From Eledone cirrhosa (lineage: Eukaryota), in NCBI GenBank assembly GCA_964016885.1, contig OZ024742.1:70680001-70744000 (forward strand): 64,000 bases of DNA, written 5' to 3'. The notes beneath the pieces are model-generated. The model saw only the letters and a program-made list of their open reading frames with translations, ran no database searches and was not told the origin of the DNA. Shown here one piece after another: positions 54,070 through 64,000 of this stretch; the first letter of the stretch is position 1, and every line of letters begins with the position of its first letter. The translations under genes and the position numbers were made by a program.

Positions 54070-54670
54070 GGTACGACCACACTTGAATTCGCATCATCAG
54101 TCTGGAACCCCTATCTTGCTCAGAACATTGACCTCCTGGAAACTTTTCAGAGACGTGCAACCAAGCGCATACCCTCCATCAGACACCTACCATACTCTGA
54201 ACGCCTTGCTTCCTTGGGCATAGATTCATTGAAGCTCCGACGTCTGGCAATGGACTTGGTAAACACCCACAAAGTTAATAACCATCTCGCCAACAACAAC
54301 CTTGAGCACCTTTTTGATCTCCATGTGTCTAACACACGTGGACATGCCTACAAAGTCAGAAAACAGAACAGCTCCCATGACTTTCGGAAACATTTTTTCC
54401 CGCTTAGAGTTGCTGAATCATGGAACAAACTGCCTGCGTATGTTGTTAGCTGCCAAGACACTGCATCCTTTAAAACCCTGATGCTTCCCGAAATTCGCCA
54501 AAACTACACCTGATGCCCCCTTCCATACACATGCACACGTGTATATCATGACTCATGCACTGTTCATTTTCCTGACGTTTGTACATTACCCTATGTACTA
54601 TACAGACACTTTTGATGAGTTGTAGTGCACCTGAGCACTGTACACAATATTTTCATTATTATTATTATTA
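54070..54670 (+). mobile_element. CR1-group LINE 3' end with (ATT)n tail
   Basis: LEFASSVWNPY...LETFQRRATK...YSERL...TRGH...FF.LRVAESWNKLP. Confidence 0.8.
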
Positions 54671-55339
54671 TATCTCACATAATATCGAATCTATGAGATT
54701 TTGAAAGTATTTATTTTGAGAACAATACCGTAACATCAGTTTGAGCGACCAATTAAGCCAGTTTCAACAGAAAGAGGTAGAGAATTCTGGCCGGTTTTGG
54801 CTGGTTTGAACATTAAAGGGTTAATAATAATCAAAGTTAGTTATATTACTAACCCCCCACCCCAAACCTAACATACCAAGTATTTTTATACAACAATAAT
54901 TCAAAAAGGTTTTTTATACATTTATTTAAATTCTGGAACAAAATTTACAAAAATGAGTTGCAGCTTCTATCTTTCAAAAAAGGTAAAAATTATGACCTTT
55001 GGAAAAATGTAAAATGTTATGCAACATCCTCATCACTGTTTAACGTCTATTTTTCATGCTTGCATGAATTGGATAGGGGCTCATGTTCTGAGACTAGACT
55101 AGTCATGTCTTGCTTGTACACGCCATATTTTTACATGGTTTCTATGGCTGGCTGCCTTTCCTAATGCCAACCACTTTGCAGCATATACTGGGAACATTTT
55201 ATCATGACTCCAACCCTACCACCTTAAAGGGTGGACTGGCTGTATTCTTGTCATGGCACCAGCACCATCACCTTACAGGATGGACTGGGTGGTTTTTTGT
55301 TGTAGCACATTAGTCATGGTTCTGCATACAAAATCATCT

Positions 55340-55992
55340 ATGACAAGTTTCACTTCTGTGCGAGATGGGTGCCAAGTGAGCTTACATGAGTGCAATTGTG
55401 TGGAGCTCTGTCAACGCTTACTCAACCACTACAATGAAGGCAAAGCTTTTTTTGGAGAGAATAGTCACAGGAGATCAGGAGATGAGACATGAGTCCATCA
55501 TTTTGAGCCAGCAAAAGAGATATTCAAGACTCAACCTTCAGCAGAAAAAGTTATGCTAACTGATTTTTGGGACATAAAAGGGCCTATACTTTAACTGGAA
55601 AAGGGGTGTACAGTTACCAGTGTTAGCTACAGTGAAATGTTAGCCAACAAACTGAAACCAGTAATTCACACAAAACACAAAGGTCTACTGTCACAGCACA
55701 ACAATGCACGCCCACATACAGCTGCCTGCACTGTTGAAACCATTGAAAAATTGGGTTTTACAGCAGATCTTGCCCCTTCCGACTATTACCTCTTTGGATT
55801 ACTAAAACATCCTTTATGCTATGAATGAAGAAGTTCAGGAAATGGTGCATAAATGGCTGTGCAACTAGCCATAAAGCTTCTTGCATTGAAAAGCAAGGAG
55901 ACTAAGTCGGAAAATGATGTAATTGTTCAACCCCTGATTTTGTTTTAATGAATTACTGAAACAATAGTGCATATAATTTTTGAGTTCCCCTT
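55340..55992 (+). mobile_element. Decayed mariner transposase fragment
   Basis: GDET*VHHFEP, KVMLT.FWD, HNNARPHTA and DLAPSDYYLFG; ends at a TA repeat. Confidence 0.75.
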
Positions 55993-56549
55993 ATATATAT
56001 ATATATATAATATATATCATATATATATATGTATGTAAAAGGTAAACAAATAACACAATCTGTACAGTATATGGAAGGAATATATTAGGTTAACGCTTGA
56101 AATAGCAGGAAGAGTGTCTTAACGTCCTTCATCAGAAGAAAGAATGAGAAATGAAAAAGATTGAAGGGACAGGCAGGGCAGAATCGGAAAAAATGTTTTT
56201 ATATATTATATATATACACACACAAAGCAAAACCTGATTAAAGTAAGGGCCATCAAGTGCCCTCTACTGCCACTATGTGTGTGCATGTAGGTATGGTAAT
56301 GTTACTTTCTAGTATGTCAGCATATATCACTTGAATATTAATGCTGTGTATTTCATAATTTTACATCGAATGTCACAAACATTCTGAAAGAATAAAACTA
56401 TAAATATTACTTATATCTTCTATTTCTCCAAGTATTATGATTGTGATACATCTCCCACTAGTATCTTACTGTGGCTTGAAGGAATATTGATTATATTTTC
56501 CAACTAACTGTTTACGAATGAATTAAATCAGTATTCTAAAATAATATTT

Positions 56550-57670
56550 TACTAGAGATATCACAATGGTTTGGTTTATTAAATGACAAGTTAAATGAGA
56601 ATTATGAGAGAATATTTGACACAAAAATTCACATTGGTATCATTTTCCATTTATACAAGTATGTTTACAAATAGTCAAGACAGAATTCTGAGAGAATATT
56701 TTACCGTACAACTTACTATAGTGTAGTTTATTTAAACTGTGAATATGTATGTATATGATATGTTGAAAAAGCCTTCTGAGAGAATGTCCAACTACAGTAC
56801 CTAGCAGTACGTTTTCTCACCTGTGGTGATAAATCATTATTTTATGTCAGTATTCCAGGCTGATATCAGTTGGAGGGGTTGTCATTGTCTGAGACTAGAC
56901 AAATCAGAGACCTCATCTTGCTCATACATTCCATATTTGGCATGGTTTCTGCAGTTAGATACCCTAGTGCCAACCACTTTACTGGGTGCATTTAATTGTG
57001 GCACAGCCTGACTGGAAATTTCTGTTGAACCTTACATTGTCTCTGACCACCATCCATTTTACAGAGTAGTGCTTAATAAATAAAAAATTAAATGTGTTAC
57101 CAGACATTAGTGGAATGGTTTCTCAATGGTTTCATTTATTGCATGTGTGACTATATATACAAGGAGTTAAATCAACATTCTGAGAGAATGTCTGAGCACA
57201 AAATACAATGTGGTAGGTTTTTCCACTTGAGTCTGGAAACATTTGGTTCACTTTTATGAGAAAACTTATTACCATATATTACAATGGCACAATTTCTCAC
57301 ATATGGGAACATGTTCATGACTTGTCATGTAACCATTATGAGAGAACATGTTACCACAGATATCACAGTGGAATGGTTTCTCAGTTGTATGAGGACATCT
57401 CTGAACAGTTAAATTATCCTTATGAGGGTATGTTTAACCACAGATATCACAACAGTTTGCTTTTTTCAGTAATATATCCAGATACATAAGATGTTGATCT
57501 AGTTTTCCATAAAATTTCTTGAGTTCAATCATCAAGCAGAATCAGCCAAGAAATATATTTCCAATCAAACTCTGTCATGTCTTCTTCATTAAGTGATTTC
57601 ATTAGTTTTTCATATTCTTCATAAATTTGTTGTTGTGTGAGAAATTGTCACCTCAATAATACCAGATACA
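56550..57670 (-). pseudogene. Heavily decayed C2H2 zinc-finger exon
   Basis: Remnant [13 protein letters not shown]. Acceptor TTTTTATTTTAG|TGTATCTGG resembles those of the other ZNF units. Multiple stops. Confidence 0.7.
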
Positions 57671-58273
57671 CTAAAATAAAAACCAGTAGTACGATGTGAG
57701 ATAATTAAATGTCAACACAAAGTGTATTAGAGAGCAATCACTTCACAAGAGATATTGAATAAACAGTAAGCAAGGGAAAATATCTATGGAAAAATACATG
57801 TGGAATAATGAGATTTAAGATAGAATATATATTATATTTTTATATATGACAGCCTTGCTGGCCTTGTGCCAATAGAAGAAACAATTATATTTTTATATAT
57901 GACAGGCTCTCCCAGTTTCCATTTATACTAAATTCCACTCATATGGCATTTATCGGCCTGAGGCTATAGTAGACATTTGACCAGGGTGCCATGCAGTGGA
58001 AGAAAACCCATAACCACATGGTTGTAAAGTAAACTTAATTACACAGTCATACCAATTACAGGCAAGTCTACTGGGTGAATGATACTGTGGCACAAATGCC
58101 ACCATTTTACAGAGTATACTGGAAGCATTTTATTGTAGCACTAACAAGTATTGAGTATAGTGTGTGCATTTTATCACTAGTGAAGTCGCTATGTCCTCAG
58201 TAGGGCTAAGTGAGTTTACTCTGAACCCTATGTTGTGTCCATTCAAACATAGTTTATTACAAATTATTTTTCT

Positions 58274-59797
58274 TTAACAGAAACTTACCCATTGTTGATT
58301 TTGTGTATTGTTTGAATTTAGTAACTCATTAATAAATTGTTCATACTCATATTGCTTTTGAAATTCTGCTGATCGATGTTGCACACCACGCCGGAGTATT
58401 TTCAGAGCTTCTCGCATCTGAGCATTAGTTGGAGGAGCTTCTGGCATTTCTTCATCTGGATTTGGTTTGTTGTCTTCTAATTTAGAATCCACATCTGTCA
58501 CAGCTTGACATATTTCTGACACAGTCATCATAGACTTCACATCAACTTTGTCATCAACAGACAACCAGTATTCTAACTCTTCTTTTTGCATATCATCTTC
58601 GTTTTTATCAAGAATTTCATTTGTAATAAGCTCTAATTCCTTGTTAACTGAAGTCTCTGTGTTTGGTTGAGAAAGTCCACTTTTTTTAAAACAATTTTCA
58701 ATCGTTCTCCCTGATACTTTCTCCCATGACATGGCTAACATATGCAAGGCATCAAGAAGGGAAATCTGTTTTGCAATTTCATTTGCATCAGATTGGCTTT
58801 GAATATCATCGAGTTCAGGTAAAATTCTTGTACAAATTTCTTTTCGGTAATAAGCCTTTAAAGCTCGTACAATCCCTTGATCACATGGTTGAATTAACGA
58901 TGAAGTGTTTGAAGGCATGAAGATTACTTTGATGTTCTTCAATGACAAATTACTTCTATGTACTGTGCAGTTGTCAACTAACAAGACAATCTTTCGATCT
59001 AATTCCAAATCCCACATTAGTAACCAGCTGTTAAAAATATCTGTAGTCATCCATGCATTAGCATTAGAACAGTAACGAACAGGTAAACTTTTGACACCTT
59101 TAAAACACAGAGGATTCTTAGTTTTTCCAATCACAAGAAGCTCTCGTTTCTGTCCTTTCATATTAGCACAACAAAGAACTGTCAGTCGCTCTTTTGGAGA
59201 TTTAAATTCTTTGGCATTTTCATTTTTCAACAAATAAGTATGCTCTGGCATTGCACGAAAATAAATCCCCGTTTCGTCTGCATTGTAAATATTTTCTGGG
59301 GAATATTCAGCAATAATTTTTGGCCATTCTGTCTTAATCCACGTTTCAGCTGATATGAAATCAGCACTTTTACCTTCACCATGGTTGCGTTTGTATACAA
59401 TATTCTCTCGCCTTTTCCATCTATTAAACCAACCTTCAGTCGGTGTGAAATTTTTTTTACCCATTTCTCTCGCAAATTCTTCTGCCTTTTGACGCATTAG
59501 CGGTCCATTAATTGAAGCATTCTTTTCGCGAACACTGCCATACCAAATTTTCAATGCCGACTCAATTTGACTGTCTTTACCAGATCGTACTCTCTTACGA
59601 TCTATATTTTCATTATTAAGTGCTGACTTTTCAATGTCATATCTGTTTTTCAAAATCTTACACAAGAGGGGCTGTGAAATTTTTAAATAAACAGCAGCAC
59701 TGCGCTGACTCATTTTGGGCAGCTTATCGTAACACCCCAATATTTTTAGTTTTTCTTGGAGAGACAAATCTTTACGTTTCTTATTTACTTCGTTCAT
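58274..59797 (-). CDS. pogo/Tigger-family transposase (TIGD-like), 507 aa, intact
   Basis: N-terminal HTH and CENP-B HTH (GWFNRWKRR); DDE_1 motifs YNADETG, LLVDN and QPCDQG, with 30 residues between D2 and D3. No TIRs recognised. Confidence 0.9.
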   Translation of the reverse strand: MNEVNKKRKDLSLQEKLKILGCYDKLPKMSQRSAAVYLKISQPLLCKILKNRYDIEKSALNNENIDRKRVRSGKDSQIESALKIWYGSVREKNASINGPLMRQKAEEFAREMGKKNFTPTEGWFNRWKRRENIVYKRNHGEGKSADFISAETWIKTEWPKIIAEYSPENIYNADETGIYFRAMPEHTYLLKNENAKEFKSPKERLTVLCCANMKGQKRELLVIGKTKNPLCFKGVKSLPVRYCSNANAWMTTDIFNSWLLMWDLELDRKIVLLVDNCTVHRSNLSLKNIKVIFMPSNTSSLIQPCDQGIVRALKAYYRKEICTRILPELDDIQSQSDANEIAKQISLLDALHMLAMSWEKVSGRTIENCFKKSGLSQPNTETSVNKELELITNEILDKNEDDMQKEELEYWLSVDDKVDVKSMMTVSEICQAVTDVDSKLEDNKPNPDEEMPEAPPTNAQMREALKILRRGVQHRSAEFQKQYEYEQFINELLNSNNTQNQQWVSFC

Positions 59798-60095
59798 GAT
59801 GGTGTTTTAATAAGTCTATAACCACTTTAATTCAACATAAAACAGTAAATACACCCTTACTCTTCACGACATAAAAAAGATTAATGGTGTACAGTAAGCA
59901 GTATGACCAACATTAAATAAATGATTAACAAATGTTATTTACTTTATCATTTTGATGACGGTATCGGAAACTTTCATGTTAAGCAGATGATTTTTTAATT
60001 CATTTCAAAGAAAGTGTTTGGTCATGACAAATTTTGTTAATAACTGTTTGATAACATTATACGTGATTTTAATAAATGGGTTACTCTCTCTCTCG

Positions 60096-60133
<38 letters not shown>

Positions 60134-63100
60134 GAAAGATACGAATATTAATTTTTCAAATCACTAATATAAGGTATAATTTAACGACACGGTCGCCTGA
60201 AACAGAGCTTTCGGGAAAACTTTCACTTTAGTCGTTGATGCAGTGTTGAAACCCCGATGTCGGCCATGTAACAAGATACGATCCAGAATCCAAAAGGGGA
60301 TTGTTGGTAGTCTACGCCCGCAATATTTTAATCCATAAAAGCTCGTAGAGGTAAAGCTTCGCTTTTCTGCGGCCGTCGTGTTTAGCCTCTTTCGAAAGAC
60401 AAGTGGTCACAAAGTTAGATTTCTTCCTTTTCAACTTAGAATCAGATCACCGTAAATTTCGTTCTTTTCTACGCTCTTTCATGTTTTGTTATGTAGTACA
60501 GATAATAAATAGGGGAGAGACAACAAATAGTAAACATAGATCAAGAGAGAGGATTAAGACCAATCTTGGCCGAACACGAGAATATCGTATGATGTCATAA
60601 CAGCCTTACTTTCGTATTCTTCAGGGAAGATTTTCTTTTTTATATTAGTTGTTAAATATCGTGAATTAAACAGACTCATGAAAAATAACATACAATGGAA
60701 ATAATATCTCACGTATTAAAACAGACCCAATGCGGAATATGTCACATATACTTAAGTAGTCAGAATGTAAGTTAGAGTAAGCAGCGATAGATTCAAGAGA
60801 ACTATAATCTATTACAGTAAACATTAATTCATATTTTCAGGTCAACATAATAAAGAATATATATTTCATTTCAGAGTTAATTGCCATCAGCTATATTTAA
60901 TTAGATCTTCTTACAATTGTAAACTAAAGATAAGTTAATATAAATGCGTATAAAACAATATAACAGGAAATGAACAGAATAAGGGAAAATTTAATTATCA
61001 AGGGAAGTAACTTTTATCAACACTTATTTCAATATACGATTGGGAATTTTCTAGTCTATAGATTTATTTTTCCGTCAACATCAAATCCACTACCATCTTA
61101 TTTTTATTCGTTCTTTGTACCATCTGGTCAACGAATAGACCCTGTTGATATTCTTGACTAGCATTATATGCAGAATAAAAAGAAATTGTCCTAGAATTTT
61201 TGTGGGAGAATACGAATGTGATTTCGTGGTCACACAGTAGTTAACCAGAGCTACTTGTTCATTTCGACGAGTCGAGAGACCACGACTCGTTTAATACGTT
61301 CTAGTTTTAGCATATTTTCTTCAGCTAGATGCCCTTCCTAACGCCTAACATTTTACAGACTATATATAGTGATACTAACACTAAGGAAGTAGTCATGTCC
61401 CTGATGTGACTCAAGTTTTCTACCCTTTGACCTGGCTTCTACGACTGGATGCCCTGCCTAAACGCCAACCATTTTATAGAGTGTATTAGGTGCATTTTAT
61501 TGTGATACCAGCACTAAGTAGCTGTGTCCTTGAAACAACTAAAGAGTTCTATCAGTACAGTACTTACACACACATATTTATATGTCCGTTGTCTTGTCAT
61601 TTGACATCAATGGTTATTAGTCTCGTTCTTCTATCTGTAGTAATCAGTACTTAGCCTTAATATAATCTAAATAGTTTTATTTAGTTTGCTCTTTTGTTGT
61701 TACAGACCAGTTTAGGAACATAGCAGACATATTTCCTTGCTCCATGTTATTCACTATCTACTGAAAAAGTAATTTGATGAGTTTATAAAAATTCAGCTTC
61801 ATTTGCAAAGCAGATTCCAGTCACTGCAAAACACAATGTAACTACATTGGTTTCACTTGGCATGTCACCTGCCAACCACTCAGATTGCAATGTATTAGAC
61901 ATCAGAGAAGAGAAAGTGGGCCAACTCTTTGAGTACCTGGTCCCCAACATTTCCAGAGGACCTCTGACATGCATGCTGTAATAAAGAATGTTCTAAGGGG
62001 ACAATAAATCACATCTGTGTATAGTACATTGGTGTTGCTCCATTCAGGTTTACTAATGGGAGAGGGGTAAATCCAATGCAGTACTGTTGATCCTATCATT
62101 GGCACATACACTCAAAAACATTAACCTTTTTGATACCATAAAACCCTTAGTTCTATGATGCAGAGCAGTTTATATAGAAGTGTTTATCTTAAAACCCTCA
62201 ATTTTATGGAAGAACCTTTAAGTTATGTTCCAAATACCAACTTAATATTGTGAAAGTTATTTTACTAAATACCTCCAAATTATTTTTTAAATGGTAATGA
62301 AAGGGTTAAACATGAGTGGAAGACAATGTGAATAAGTTCAATTAATGATGACAAAGTACTATTTGCTCCAGAGCCACCTCACAAAACACTGCTGGAGAAT
62401 GAACTTGCTGCAGTAATTCACCCAGCCAGTAGTTCAGAGTTTCAGCAGTGGTTAACCTTATTTTCTATTCAGTTACATGTACTTGTGTTGGTATTCAATC
62501 AAGATGGGGTCAGCTGATTCCATGTGTTGGTTAAGTCGACTCCAACCATTGCATCCAGAGATCAGATGAAAAAAAAAACGTTTTTCTAATGAAACACCAT
62601 CATGTATTAACCTTTAGTATTAAAAATTATTTAAAATTTACTTAATGAATAAATATATAAATAGTTTAGAATGAAAGTTTAAAACTATCCATGACCAACC
62701 TTTACATATCTTACTCAAACATTTAAGAGTCCAAGACTCACCTGTGGCCAAACCCCCTGCTCCTTATAGTGCATGACCATATATGACTGAAATATGTTTT
62801 CCATGTGTGGTGCGAACTGCTGGACTGATCGCAGTTATTTATGGTACAGACTGCTTGACTTACCACAGATTTATGTGTACAAGTCCGTACCACTTTTTTA
62901 GGACTGAGGTCAATATAGAATCTTTCCACTTTCCAACATAAACTATTTATTTTTACTGTTTTTCAATATGAGCTTACCTTTGATATAAGATATTAAAATC
63001 CAAATTAGAAAAATCAGCAATAAAATATAAACACCTTTAACATGCATTCAGTACACCCCATAGCATTAAAATTGTGGTAACTGTGTGTTTGTAACAAGAC

Positions 63101-63860
63101 TAAATATTTAAAATATTTGCAAATAAAACAGGAACTGTAAGATTCAAATATTTTAAAAATGTTTTATATAACATAGAATATATATGTATGATGATATATT
63201 TATATAATGCATATTATATATGTATATATATAGTTATGTAATGAAGATTTTTGAATAGAGTTTACAAATATGAGTTGCAGTTTGTCTCTCATGAAAGATA
63301 GAAACCAGAGCAAGAACGTAAAATGTAAATGTTATACAGCAGCAGGCAAAAATGTATGTATGGATATTTTCAATGAAGAGTTACTCAACCACAGATTACA
63401 ACCATGATTACAAAAACAGTTGTAGAGAATCAAGAATGTTAAATATTAAAGCTGGATATGTTATAATTTTACATCAAATGTCACAAATATGACAAAACAT
63501 TCTGAAACAATGCTAATATTTAATATAAAATAATATTTAATATAAAATAAAGTACCAGTAATGCACTGGGTAATTGCTGGCCTTGTGCCTAAAGTAGAAA
63601 CAAATATTTAATATAAATGTGGTGGTATATTTTTCAATGAAGTTTGTATTTAAGAGCATTTATGACTAATTAACTTAGTTTTCTAAGATCTTTTACCATA
63701 GATATAACAACAGTTTGGTTTATTTAAAGTATGAATATGTATGTGTTGAATAAAAAGACAATGTTTGACTACAGAGCACAGCAGTGTTTCTCACCTCTCC
63801 AAGCATGTTTGTAAACATTCCATTTACCTTTGAGAAAATGTATTACCAGATATAAAAGTG

Positions 63861-64000
63861 TTATGGAATTTCAACTGTGTGAACACGCAGATGACTAGCC
63901 AAATTTCCATTACGAGAGAATGATTTACCACAGATATCACAGTGGAATGGTTTCACACCCGTGTGGAGACGTCTGTGACTGGTCATATTTCCCACAGTAG
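63861..64000 (-). CDS. 3' end of another C2H2 zinc-finger gene running off the window
   Basis: Minus strand reads [45 protein letters not shown]; degenerate finger remnants follow. Confidence 0.75.
   Translation of the reverse strand, partial: TVGNMTSHRRLHTGVKPFHCDICGKSFSRNGNLASHLRVHTVEIP

Noticed and set aside
56118-56140. Minus-strand CTGATGAAGGACGTTAAGA as a hammerhead
   Set aside because: Stem II and GAAA are missing; at best a deleted remnant.

Overview
Repeat-dense, AT-rich animal genomic DNA. The tandem C2H2 zinc-finger genes, CORE-type tRNA-derived SINEs, RTE LINEs and abundant (AT)n/(AC)n tracts fit a coleoid cephalopod such as octopus (inference). Positions 1-34 kb are a nest of mobile elements: two CRE-like LINEs with a restriction-like endonuclease, four Tx1/L1-clade LINE copies, two Penelope-like elements (PLEs; RT plus C-terminal GIY-YIG, one with an intact 710-aa ORF and pseudo-LTRs), a Mutator-like foldback MITE and a nested Helitron pair. 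Positions 35-64 kb hold a minus-strand C2H2-ZNF cluster (one intact gene, one running off the window end, two decayed), LINE/SINE/mariner debris and an intact pogo/Tigger transposase ORF. Reading by eye found six canonical-core hammerhead ribozyme folds next to (AT)n tracts, plus a non-canonical hammerhead-like motif (CAGAAGA core) in the pseudo-LTRs of the intact PLE. Most short ORFs in the supplied track are microsatellite or antisense artefacts. No computation or database search was run, and boundaries of decayed elements are approximate.
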